Below are positions 42,271 through 54,336 of a stretch of 64,000 nt of DNA, piece by piece (positions within the stretch are counted from its first letter, which is position 1; every line of letters starts with the position of its first letter). The position numbers were made by a program, and so were the translations under genes. The notes under the pieces are model-generated. The model ran no database searches. It saw only the letters and a list, made by a program, of their open reading frames with translations, and had not been told where the DNA came from. This DNA comes from Scyliorhinus canicula (lineage: Eukaryota), in NCBI RefSeq assembly GCF_902713615.1, contig NC_052172.1, positions 11,698,185 to 11,762,184 of the forward strand, written 5' to 3'.

Positions 42271-43958
42271 AGATGTGTTTTTTTTAAATTACTTCTGGTC
42301 GGTCTGATTACAAGAACGGGCGGGAAGCAACAAAATACTGCAGATAAAACGGCGAGGTAACACCAGTGGCTAGCACTGTGGCTTCACAGATTCAGGGTAC
42401 CAGGTTCGATTCCCCAATGGGTCATGGTCTGTGCGGAGTCTGCACATTGTCCCCGTGTCTGCGTGGGTTTCCTCTGGGTGCTCCGGTTTCCTCCCACAGT
42501 CCAAAGGCTTGCAGGTTTAGCGAATGCTAAATTGCCCTTAGTGTCCAAAAGGTTAGATGGGGTTATTGGGTTACGGGGATAGGGTGGACGCAAGGGCTTA
42601 AGTGGGTCGGTGGGGACTCGATGGGCCGAATGGCCTCCTTCTGCACTGTATGTTCTGTGTAGGTGCTGCAGGTCAGGCAGTGGCCAGAGCGGTGGCACAC
42701 TTTGCATTTCGGGTTGATGACCTGCTCTTTCACCCTATGCAGAGGGATGCTGTGTGACCAGCTACCTGGGCAGCTAGCCCTGCACAAAACCACAGCGACT
42801 CCACAGACTGCAGCAAAACCGATCACTGGCAGTCCCAGACACCGCGAGGGTTGCAGAGTCCATCCAAACCAAACCCCGGGCCTCCAGTTAGTCGGAACCC
42901 AGAAGCGGAGACATCAGAGTAATATGGAGTTCCAGTTGGGCGGGGGATCGACGGGGAGGGTCAGGTGTTGTCACCTTAGTCAGAAAATGTCTCACATCCA
43001 TTTACACACTTTGAAATTCAGTAACTTATTCCGACAAGCGTCATAATCATATTGTGCACATCAAAAACTTTTACAAATTGCAGCAAGACTAACCATCAAT
43101 CAGCAGCAAGACTAATCATCAGTCAGTCAGTGGTACCTGGGAGAACTCCCCAGCTCTTCGTGTACCGTCCAGGGATCTCCCCCACCCACAATGCAGGTGG
43201 GCTCTCAGTTTAATTTTCCACGGAAAGGACAGAATTTCCAACATTGTGGATCTCCCGCAGAACTCCACCAGGACTGCGAGCAGGGACAACACCTGCAAAC
43301 CTCTGAAGTTGGATCTTCTAACTGCTGAGCCACTTCCAGGGGAAATCAAGCCAGTGTTACAGACCAAGTGCTGGAAAATGGGATCAGAATAGATAGGTGC
43401 TTGATGGCCAGCATGGAATCGATGGACCTAAGGGCCTCTTTTTCTGCTGCAAAATTCTATGACCAAGTCCTGTAAGCATGTGCCAGTCAGTACCAGGTCT
43501 GCTGCTCTAATCTAGAAGGGCAAAAGTGGGATTGAGAGTCATTGAAATCTCTCGCCTCCAGTGAATTGCACAGAGCCACCAAGGCAATGGGTGAAACAAA
43601 GCAACGGCAGTTCCTCAGCCAACACGCAAGTGCGCAGCAAATAAATACATTTCTGTGGCTCTGCTAATGTAGCATGGGGAGTAAAACCTGTGAAAAGGAG
43701 GGTTTTCACTTCAAAAAGCTGGAGCCTGAGGCAATTATTCAAAGCCACATATCCCTGGCCCTCTCTCGTCGGAGGCAGTTACAGGTGCAAGTACTGGGGC
43801 CCCTCAGACATTTGGCCCCTCGAGCCTGCTCTGCCATTCAATAAGGTCATGACTGAACTACTTCAAAGCCACTTCCCTGCTCACTCCCCAGAGAGTTCCC
43901 CCTCTGCTAACATACAGCCTCTGGTGCACCAGAGATTCCTGGTCATGGTGGCGCCCGC

Positions 43959-44906
43959 TCAGAGGTGGCTAGAGGAGGAGGATACACCACTGCTCATCGA
44001 TCCGTAACTCCCGGAGCCTTTCATCGCCTCTTGGAGACTTAGCAGAGCCTGCGGCTCCTTGCTCTGCATGGCGCTGCAGAAGAGTCGAACGTGCTCCTTC
44101 AGTTCATCGATCTGCCGCTGGGCACTGTTGTTCTGCCGGATTAGGTCTTTTGTTTTCAATGTGATCTCCAGCAACCCTGACCGGCTCAGGATCTCCACCG
44201 TGTTGCGGAAGCGCCGTTCCTTGGCGGGACAGGGAATCGGTCTGGAGGCTCGAGCAGCCGGTCTCGTGGCGTCGCCAGTGGGTGACTGGGCGCTGGGAGC
44301 ACAGGAAAACACAGAGGGGGTGAAGGAGTTGGAGGAGGAGGAGGAGGGTGGGGGCGAGGAGGAGGAAGAGCAGGAGGTGTATGACGGCCACGAGTGCAGC
44401 GATTCAGAGGATTCAGACGGAGATGCAGGATTCGGAGAGAGCACTGGCGATGGGGAGACAGAGTCAAACTGACCGAAGAGGTTCGCTGCTCCAAAGCTGG
44501 GCGGCCGCTGAGTGTCAGGTGACTCGCTGTTGGCCACTGGCCCCACATGCGAGGTTTGCTCATTTCTGGCAGGTTCCACCTCGCCCAGGCACAACCGTTT
44601 GCTCTTGCTGTGGTCGGTAGTCCTGACATCCTGAGCCAGGCAGTGCCCCGCCTGCGTCGGCCTGCTGCCGGCGTCCTGGCTTTTGTGCGGGTGAGGGGCT
44701 ATCCTTGGGTAGGAATTTAATATCGGGAGATAGGTGTCTATCCCAACCCCACCTTTCGCCTCGGCCTTCTGCGATTTGAAAGAAGCTGCCAACGGCTGTC
44801 GAATGAAGACGACTCGGGCCTGGCCTGGTGTACCGAGTGTGCGCTGGCTTCCCCAGGCCTGCAGCTGGGCCTGAACAAATTGGCTTCTTGATGGAACGGG
44901 CAAAGG
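43959..44906 (-). CDS. CIPC: CIPC-like terminal coding exon
   Basis: ttgaacag|CCT TTG CCC; ends GVSSSSSHL*. Confidence 0.9.
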   Translation of the reverse strand, partial: PLPVPSRSQFVQAQLQAWGSQRTLGTPGQARVVFIRQPLAASFKSQKAEAKGGVGIDTYLPILNSYPRIAPHPHKSQDAGSRPTQAGHCLAQDVRTTDHSKSKRLCLGEVEPARNEQTSHVGPVANSESPDTQRPPSFGAANLFGQFDSVSPSPVLSPNPASPSESSESLHSWPSYTSCSSSSSPPPSSSSSNSFTPSVFSCAPSAQSPTGDATRPAARASRPIPCPAKERRFRNTVEILSRSGLLEITLKTKDLIRQNNSAQRQIDELKEHVRLFCSAMQSKEPQALLSLQEAMKGSGSYGSMSSGVSSSSSHL

Positions 44907-47900
44907 CTGTTCAAAACATGGCAATGGGAAAAACAGAATTAGAATCCAATTGTTTAACGGCCACCCCCGCGCACACCCACTCAATGCCAGCATGCATGCA
45001 CCCAGCCCCCACAATTATTCAATGCGAGTGCATGACAAGATGGCGCCCATCAGCTGTACAAGAATAATACATCATAAACATTCACACAGTCACTGCCATC
45101 TAAGTGGCCGTCCTATTTGCCAGTCAAACAGTGAACACATGCAGACTGACAATAGCGAGGTCAGGTGCCCCGCAGTGTGGGCAGACGGGCCGGGGGGCGG
45201 GGTTACTCCAATGCAAACAGCAATGCTGGAAACAGGCAGAGTAACAGCTCCTGGCATTTGAGTATTCACACTGCAAATGGCTTTCTTTTGACCAAATTAA
45301 CTATCCCCTTTGAAATTAAGAAACTTCAATGTCTTGTTTTAAGAACATGCTGGGCAGGAAGTCACAACCTAACAAAGGCATTAAAACCATCAAAAACTGT
45401 ATTTGCTACAGTAACACCCAGTGCTTTTGAACACAAATTGAAGCAGCCCTTTAAAGCGAATGAAGATTATTGCCCAGAATCTCCATTCGTACATCGTGCA
45501 AGCCGAGGATCCACACCACCTACTGACTCCAACGGCAGTTCACTCTGGCAGGATGTTTCCTGCTCTCGCCGAGTTACAGTTCCACAGGGTTACATTGTGT
45601 ATGTGTGAATCTGAGCACTGAGCTTAGGAAGACTATTCGCTATGGGGTGGCGTCACATCCTCCTCCTGAGAGCTCCGCAGCAGTGATCAGGAGCGTTGGT
45701 CGAGCCTTCCCTTTCACAATTAGCCATGGACAGAGGCCGATTTCAGCCTCTCCCGGGTAAAAAGAACGAGATGTCACCCATTCACACCATTTAATCTCAC
45801 AGCCACCCTCTGCGCTGACCTCAGAGCGCATGCGCCAGATGGACAAAGTTGCAGCGGCTGCCTTTGCACGTGCCACACAAGAGCATGACTTTACGACAAG
45901 TCACCACAGTATTCTTGGTCTTAAAAAGAGGGTTCACTACAGAGGACTGCGGATTAGGGAGGGTCAGTACCTCTTTCAGAAAGACATTCTTCACAATGTA
46001 GACAGGAGTCAGGCTGGGGAGCGAGCTTTGCGCAGCGGTGATCCTCTCGGTATGGCTCAACGCAGCTGGCCTCTTGTGCGAGGAACGATCCTCCAAGTCG
46101 GTCTGTTCCAGAGTACTCAGATACTCTGAGCTAGTGTCTGAGAACAAAGCAAAGAGGGAGTGACGCAGCCAACAGGTGATGCAGAGACAATACAAACCGG
46201 CCATAAGTAAGGGACCTCAAACCTCCTCAACCCAGTGGAAAGGAGCGTGGAAACTAATCGCTGCCTGCTGATCCTGCCATTCATGTCTTTCCGTTCAAAT
46301 ATCCATCCAATTCCCTTTTGAAAGTGTGAATCTGCCCCACTGCCCTTGCAGACATTGCTTTCCAGATCAAAACTTGCGATATAAAGAAATTCCTCCTTCT
46401 CTCACACTGGTGTTTTTTGTGCCAATTATTTTAAATCTGCGTACTCTACTTATGACTCTGCCAGTGGAACGTTTCTATCAAAAACTTTCACAATTTGGAA
46501 TACACGTCAAATATCCCCTTGTGATCTCTATTTTGAGAACAATCCCAATTTCTCTCGTCTCCCCGCATGGCTGAAGTTGCTCTGTCCAGGTACCATTCTG
46601 GCAAATCTCCTCGATGTCCTCTCCCAGAATTCAGGCAAAAAACAAAAATAAATCACTGGCCAATCACCCAATTGTTGCCGGTGGGATCTTACTATGCACA
46701 AAATGGCTGCCAGGCTTTTCTATAGGGCAGTGATTGTATTCAAAAGTAATGTTTCTACTCAAAGTGCCTTGGGACGAAAAGTGCTTTACAAATGTAGGTT
46801 CATTAGGAGGTCAGAGACTCAGGAGAAGGGGTCAGACACTGTAGAGCGAGGAGGAAGAAGCATTTCTTAACCCAAAGGGCTGTGAATCTTGGGGATCCTC
46901 TACCCCAGAGTGCTACGGATGCTCAATTACTGAGTAGGTCAAGAATGCTAAAATTGTTAGACTCAAAAGGGAACAATGGCGTCATCTTAATGTAATGGTG
47001 GAGCAGACTCGAGGGGCCTCATGACATAGAACCATAGAATCCTTACAGCGCAGAAGGAGTCCATTCGGCCTATCGAGTCTGCATCAACCCTCTGAAAGAG
47101 CACCCTACCCATGCCCACTCCCCCACTATCTAACCTGCAGATCACTGGACAATAAGGGGCAATTTTATCATGGCCACTCCACCTAACCTGCACATCTTTG
47201 GACTGTGGGAGGAAACCGGAGCACCCGGAGGAAACCCACGCAGACACAGGGAGAGCGTGCAACGTCCACAAAGTTGAACCCGGGTCCCAGGCGCTGTGAG
47301 GCAGCAGCGCTGACCCCCTACTCTCATTTCCTGTGCCTTAATTTTTTTTTTTTAATATAATTTTTATTGGAATTTTTTACAGAAAATATAAAACATAACG
47401 ACAAACAATGAAATGCAACAAAATAACCCATAATAACTAACACCCCTAGACCGTATCGAATTTCCTGTGCCTTAATGGACACAATATTCTATAATGTCCT
47501 TGCTTCTGTAATCTATACATCTAAAAATTCTGAAGGAGAAAATCAATCGCCACTTGGAGAGGCAAGGTTTGATCAGGAATAGTCAGCGTAGCTTAGTCAG
47601 AGGTCATGCCGAACAAATTTGATTGAATTTTTGAGCATGTGACCAGGCCTAGTGCAGTTGACGTAGTTTACATGGATTTCAGCAAAGCCTTTGACAAGAT
47701 CCCACATGGGAAAGTTATAAAGAAGGCAAATGCACATGGGATACAGGGTGATTTGATACAGTGGATTCATAAATTCATAATAGGCATAGTGGTAGGATGA
47801 TGATGAGACGGGTGCTTTAGTGTCTGGAAGCCAGTGTCCAGTGGCGTACCACAGTGGGGCAGGATCAGTTTGCTTGCGGATGACACAAAGTTTGGCTGGT

Positions 47901-50224
47901 GGTTAACAGTGAGGTCAAGTGTCTTACGTTAGAGGAAGGTATAGACAGGATGGTCACATGGCCAGAAAAGTGGCAGATAATACACTTTAGCAGTAATATG
48001 ACAAGGAAGTATTCAATGACTGGCATGACACTGGGAAGTTCTGAGGAACAAAGGGACCGTGGCATGTTTGTCCATAGATCTCTGAAAGCAGAAGGGCAGG
48101 TTAATAGGGTGGTGAAAAAGACAAATGGGACACTTGCTTTTATCCATCGAGGTATAGATTACAAAAGCAGGGAGGTCATGTTGGAGTTGTATAGAACTTT
48201 GGTGAGGCCACAGCTGGAGAACTGTGTGCAGTTCTGGTCGCCACATTATAGGAAGGATGTGATTGCACTCGAGCGGGTGCAGAGGCGATTCACCAGGATG
48301 TTGCCTGGGATGGAATATTTAAGTTACGAAGAGAGGTTGGATAGGCTTGGGTTGTTTTCACCGAGACAGAGAAGACTGAGGGGTGACCTGATCAAGGTGT
48401 ACACGATTATGAGGGGCATGGACGGGGTGGATAGGGAGCAGCTGTTCCCCTTGGTTGAAGGGTCAGTTATGAGGGGATACAAGTTCAAGGTGTGGGGCAG
48501 GAGGTTAAGGGGGAATTTGAGGCAAAATATTTTTACCCAGAGGGTGCTGACGGTCTGGAATGCCCCGCCCGAGGGGGTGGTAGAGGCGGGTTGCCTCACA
48601 TCCTTTTAAAAGTACCTGGATGAGCTTTTGGCACGTCATAACATTCAAGGCTATGGACTAAGTGCTGCAAATGGGATTAGGTCAGGTGTTTTTCACGCGG
48701 CGGTGCAGATTTGATGGGCCGGAAGGCCCCTTCTGCGCTGTATTATTCTGTGATCCGAGTAATAAAACTAAGGATCCCATCTGCTTTCTTAAAAACGTTA
48801 TCAATTTGACCAGCCACCTTCAAAGAGTTGTGGATATGAATCCCCCAGGTCTCTATTCCTGAACCCTCTTTAAAAGTTCTACCCATTTAGTGCGTAACAC
48901 ACCATACATAGTCTGTAAAATGTTAACCATTGCTCCATGCCTCAAGTGTTGCATCCATGCCCGTGCTATGGCTGCCTCGTTAAGCACAACTCACAATATC
49001 GAACAACAGAAGATAGAAACAGCTCTGTGAGCCTGCACCCCACCATCCCTTTGCAGGACCAAAGACAAGAACAGTCCTGTTCCTAACATAACCCTGGTCT
49101 CTGCATACAAAACCACAGGGGAATGGGAAGAATAAAAACTCATGGAATCTGCATTTCTCTGCAATAGGTTACATGGCTGTAAAAATTCTACACCAGCCAT
49201 CACGGCCGCAACCTGGAGTGGAAAGATATCTGAGGGAGGCCCAAGGACTGTAGTTAATTCTGGGTCAAAGTGGAGCCTCGGGCTTAGAGTGTGCTGAGTA
49301 AAGGGGAAGTAGCAAAATCCTGTGGTTGTTGGAAAACAGAAAGTAATGGAAATCCTCAATGCGATGGCCAGAACCTGCGGAAAGAGCAGACACGTTTGTT
49401 GAAGGGTGTGGGGAACCTTCAAATAGAGCAATTTGGAAGAGGCCACATCTCAAACATTAAAATGTCTGTACTCCCCACAATATCTGGCCGTGCCGCAGTG
49501 TCCACTTCCAGAGTGTTTATTTTGCCATGGGTAATCTCACTGAAATATATAACATACTGAGGATTTGACCAGGGTAAACGCTGAGGGCACTATTTCCCTT
49601 TGGCTGGAGAGTGTAGAACAAGAGGCCATAGTCTCAGGATATGGTTTTAGCTATTGAGGACTGAGACAAGGAGAAGTTCCGTCATTCAAGGGTTGGAAAC
49701 CATTGGAATTCTTGACATTGGAGAGTTAAGGATGTTTAGTCAGTGCACCTAATCAAGGTCAATTGATTTTAGGGCAGTTAAAGTAGTCAAAGGATACGGC
49801 AAGGAATTGGATCACATATGGTTGATCAGCCATGATTTTATTGAATGGCAGATCAGGCTCCAAGGGGCCTACTCTTATTTCCAATGGTAAAGGTTTGCGG
49901 TCCCCACTCTAGTGAGCGTAGAGACCACATTTCCATTTGTTAGATCAGAATTCTATACAAAGAGACAGGGTGAAATGTGCATTTCAAATCATCACCAAGT
50001 GCCCAGTGTTCTGCATTACCTGAAAACCCCGAATCCTTTTCAGACTCTCCCAGTGACATCCGCTTGCTCTTCCCCATGCTTGCCATGGAATTCCTTTTCT
50101 CCGTCTGTCCGTACTGATTGTCCAGCATATTTTCCAATTTAACCGAAACTCCGGTCATCCGGTCCTTCAGACTTTTGCGGGAGGTTCTGGAACTGATGGC
50201 CATGGGCAATTTATCCAGCGACAT
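43959..50224 (-). CDS. CIPC: CLOCK-interacting pacemaker-like protein, complement(join(43959..44906,45971..46137,50020..50224)), 439 aa
   Basis: CIPC-family motifs ESEKDSGFS|DTSSEYLS, LTPVYIVKNVFLKE, YLPILNSYPRIAPHP and KERRFRNTVEILSRSGLLEITLKTKDLIRQN...ELKEHVRLF. GT-AG introns of phase 1 and 0; 1320 nt in frame. May be a paralog rather than the ortholog. Confidence 0.88.
45971..46137 (-). CDS. CIPC: CIPC-like middle coding exon
   Basis: ttctcag|AC ACT AGC ... AAA GAG|gtactg. Confidence 0.9.
47505..48752 (+). mobile_element. CR1 LINE 3' portion (RT C-terminus)
   Basis: ORF 47899-48609 with LYRTLVRPQLENCVQFWSPH and RRLRGDLI; upstream DFSKAFD codons. Confidence 0.88.
50020..50224 (-). CDS. 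CIPC: CIPC-like first coding exon (exon begins at 50230)
   Basis: cctccag|AGAACC ATG TCG ... GACTCGGATCAG-equivalent DSGFS codons then G|gtaatg. A downstream ATG could be the start actually used. Confidence 0.82.
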
Positions 50225-50340
50225 GGTTCTCTGGAGGCATAAAACATTCATAAGGAGAAATATTAATTACCACATCCGGAATTGGAATGCTTCCCATTGA
50301 AAGACCTGGCAAAAGGATAGAGTCATAACAACAGAAGAAG

Positions 50341-50961
50341 TGTCATGTGAGAGTACCTTTAAGAAATGGGTGTTTATTAAATAGCTGCAGTGGATGTACC
50401 TTTAAGAGATGGGTATTTAGCAAATAGCTGCAGTGATGTCAGAGTGTGGGTGGAGCTGGGCTGGCTGTCTTTCACTTTGAACAAAAGCTGGTATGTGTCT
50501 GTGGGTTTTTATTTTCGTTTTGAGAGCTGGATAGCTGCAGGAAAAGCAAGCAGCTGTACAAGGATCTCTCTGCAATCTAAAGACTGTCTCCAGATCATTT
50601 GGGTGATTTCAAAATGATCACTGCTCTCAGTAGAGAATTTAAACCTGATCTCTTGCGTTAAAAAGGGTTATTTGTCTTATGGATGTCGCAAGGAAAGATT
50701 AAGGGTTACTTATAGAATATTGTATCTGTGGGTATTGTTGATGTTGATAGTTGTTAAGATGTTTACTGTGTGTGTGTTTAAAGATGTTAACTGGATTTCA
50801 TAGAATAAACATTGTTTTTGTTTAAAAATACTTTTAGTTCTCTGTTGCATCACAGCTGTAAAGTGGGCCCTTTGCTCCCCATAACCACAATATATTCAAA
50901 GCTATGGGTCAGGTGAACTCCATGATACACTTTGGGGTTCTCTAAACCCTGGCCCGTAATA
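50341..50961 (+). mobile_element. Solo LTR in CIPC-like intron 1 (TSD GAAG)
   Basis: gaag|TGTCATG...CCCGTAATA|gaag; internal AATAAA at ~50804. Confidence 0.65.
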
Positions 50962-53367
50962 GAAGCCACTCAGTTCATCCAAATCCATTCTGGCTCTGCA
51001 GTGAACAATTCAATTAGTCCTATTCCCCGAGTGCTGTCCCCCAGGCTCTGGAAGTTTCTTTTGCCTCAGGTTTCCCTCAGTCCAATTTAACTTTGAAATC
51101 ATTGATGGTTTCCTCTCCCACCTCCCTCAAAAAGCCATAAAGATAGTGCAGAACCTGCCAAAACAGGTTTTACAGGACACCAGCAGAATTATGACCTCTA
51201 GAACGAGAGGGCATAGCCCTAGGATAGGAGGTAGCAAATTTAAAACAGAGTCAAGGAGAAACAATCTCTCTCAAAAGGTTGTGAATCTGTGGAATTCACT
51301 ACCCCAGAGAGCGGTGGATGCCGGTACAGTGAGTAAATGTGAGTTAAGACATATTTTTAATTGATAATGGGTTGAAGGGTTATGGTAAATGGGCTGGACG
51401 GTGCAGTCAAGGCCAGGATGAGGTCAGCCATGATCGAATGGCAGAGCAGACTCAATGGGCCAAATTCTGCTCCTATATCCTATGAACATATGAATTGGAG
51501 GATAGTTATCAGAAAAGGCTGAACAGGCCTCTAGAAAAGGTGGAGAGGTGACTCGACGGCGATCTCCAAAATGACAAAGCAGTTTGATGTGGCAGACTTT
51601 TCTCTTGTGCATTAGTTGTAAACAAAGTGCAATAAATGCAAGATAAATCCAATCGGGAATTCAGGAGGAATTTCTAAACCTAGAAATTGGAGCTTGTTAC
51701 CACATTGAGTGGTAGAATAAATCAAGGGGGAAGCTGGATGAACACGTGGGTGGTTGGGATTAAACTATTATGCTGATGCGATCAGTAGGAATGTGGGAGG
51801 AGGCAGGTGAGATGCATAAACATTGGCAAACACCAGTCAGGCTGCCGATTATCCCCCTTCTGCGCTGTAAAATTTCTTGCAACTGATCGGCCTCCTTGAG
51901 CGAGAGAGCGTGTTGACAATCTGTTCATCAATCGTGGGCCATTGGAGGACAAAAGCTCTCTCGCATGACTGGACAAAGGCCAGCTTTATGCAAATAGACC
52001 ACTGGAGAGATGGAGAGAGTAAATTTGATGAGTTAGACAGATTTGATCATGGCTGATCTCATCACAGCCTCAACTCCACCGTCCTGCCCGTTCTCCATAA
52101 CCTTCCAAACCATTACCAATTAAAAATCTGTCTAACTCCTCAAATTCACTGCCTAGTGCCCGCACAAGAAAACCTATCGCGATTTAAGGACACCAAAATG
52201 GGAACAGGTGTAATTTACCAACAACCTAAATTTTTACTGGTCACTCTCTGGCACTTCAGGAAATTATAAAAAGCTAGTCAAAGATGCGGGAAGAGGACTT
52301 CAGACACACAAAACCTTCCCACATTAACAACCATTGAGGTTTAATCTGCAATTGATTAATGACACAGGGTGCAGCACAGCAAGACCAGAAATGGAATGAA
52401 GTGTGAAATAGGAATTTCATTAAACGGGAATTAGCAGTGATTTTTAAAAATCGCTAATCTTTAGACAATTTAAATAGCAAATCCTGAGCAGCTTTTGATG
52501 GAGGTCCGGCAGGTATACGGCTGGTATTTTTAACCCTTAGTTCCTGCCTCACAACATGGTGGCTCAAGGGACACGTACAGTGCTTCTTCATATTGTAGGT
52601 CACATGGAAAACCAATCCCATATTGAGCACAGACACCGACAACCCTTCCCTCCCAGGACACGTGGCAATTCAGTCCTGTGTTTACACAGGTTTGCAGGGA
52701 ACTGCCCCGCTTATTTAATTAAACTCCTTCCATCGGACAGGAGATACAAAAGTCTGAGAACACGTACAAACAGATTCAAAGACAGCTTGTTCCCCGCTGT
52801 TATCAGACTTCGAAACAACCCTGTTATGGACCGATCTGACTAACACTACACTCCTGTATGCTTCACCCAATGCCAGTGTCTATGCAATTACATTGTGTAC
52901 CTTGTGTTGCCCCATTTGTGTACTAAATCATCTGTTTGAGCTGCATGCAGGTACATGTAACAATAAACAAATCCAATCCAAACTGCACATCTCCCCATTT
53001 ACAGCACCCCCACTGGACTCTTCCTCTCCCCAGGCCCCACATTTACCCCCGCAAGACATATACCCTCCCCCATTGGGGTGGCACGGTAGCACAGTGGTTA
53101 CCACTGTCACTTCACAGCACCAGGGACCCGGGTTCGATTCCCAGTTTGGGTCACTGTGCGGAGTCTGCACATTCTCCCCTTGTCTGCGTGGGTTTCCTCC
53201 CACAAGTCCCGATAGACTTGCTGTTAGGTGAATTGGACATTCTGAAGTCTCCCTCTGTGTAACCGAACAGGCTACGGAGTGTGGCGACGAGGGGATTTTC
53301 ACAGTAACTTCATTACAGTGTTGTCAACCCACTTGTGACAATAAAGATTATTTCCCTCCTCAGACAC

Positions 53368-53828
53368 CCCTCTCCCTCATTCCCTCCATTTGAACTCCCC
53401 TCATTCCCTCCATTTGAACTCCCCTCATTCCCTCCATTTGAACTCCCCTCATTCCCTCCATTTGAACTCCCCTCATTCCCTCCATTTGAACCCCCCTCAT
53501 TCCCTCCATTTGAAACCCCCTCATTCCCTCCATTTGAAACCACCTCATTCCCTCCATGTGAACCCCCCTCATTCCCTCCATGTGAACCCCCCTCATTCCC
53601 TCCATGTGAACCCCCCTCATTCCCTCCATGTGAACCTCCCTCATTCCCTCCATGTGAACCCGTGAACCCCCCTCATTCCCTCCATGTGAACCTCCCTCAT
53701 TCCCTCCATGTGAACCCGTGAACCCCCCTCATTCCCTCCATGTGAACCCCCCTCATTCCCTCCATGTGAACCCCCCTCATTCCCTCCATGTGAACCCCCC
53801 TCATTCCCTCCATGTGAATCTCCCTCAT
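53368..53828 (+). repeat. 24-bp C-rich minisatellite (TCCCTCCATKTGAACYCCCCTCAT)n in CIPC-like intron 1
   Basis: Period 24 (8-aa ORF repeats FPPFELPS). Confidence 0.93.
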
Positions 53829-53849
53829 TAAGCCGCAGTCTCTGTCGCT

Positions 53850-54335
53850 CTCCGCCATTTACCGGCCTACACCCGGGGTCGGGGGTCCGGCCTACACCCG
53901 GGGTTGGGCCTCCAGCCCCGGTCTCTGAGTCTCCCTCCCGCCGGCCGCTCTCCCTGGGGCTGCCCAGACCTCGCGCTCACCTCCGCCTCCGCCTCCGTCG
54001 CCGCCTCGCTCCCGGTCTCTCCGCCGCCGCCGACTCGCTCCCGCTGATTGTTCGCCAGGCACCGCCTCTCACACGAACCTGCTGCCCAGTCCCGGGCCAA
54101 ACCGCCTCCCTCCTCAGGTTGACCAATAATCGGGATAAGCCCCGGCCGGCTTCGCCAATCAGCGCCCTGGCAGTAGGGTAGGTTGCGCCGCCTCCCCTCC
54201 GTCTCCCGTGCGCGGCCGCGTGAGGGCGGCATGATTGACATGCGGTCTCCATGGCGACCCGGCACACGCGCCGCTCCCCGAGTTCTGCAACGTGACCAGG
54301 CTGCAGGCTGTAAACACCTGGGAGCAGCAACACAT
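53850..54335 (-). promoter_or_regulatory. CpG-island promoter and non-coding exon 1 of the CIPC-like gene (donor GAG|gtgagc at 53981/53980)
   Basis: CpG-dense. CCAAT at 54123 and 54155. E-box-like CGCGTG (54217), CACGCG (54265) and AACGTG (54289). RFX X-box-like GTCTCCATGGCGAC at 54245-54258. Strong minus-strand donor. Confidence 0.72.
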
Positions 54336-54336
54336 T

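Noticed and set aside
44907-45014. Signal-peptide-like N-terminus of the 351-aa ORF (MWGLGACMLAL...)
   Set aside because: Intronic read-through upstream of the acceptor at 44906.
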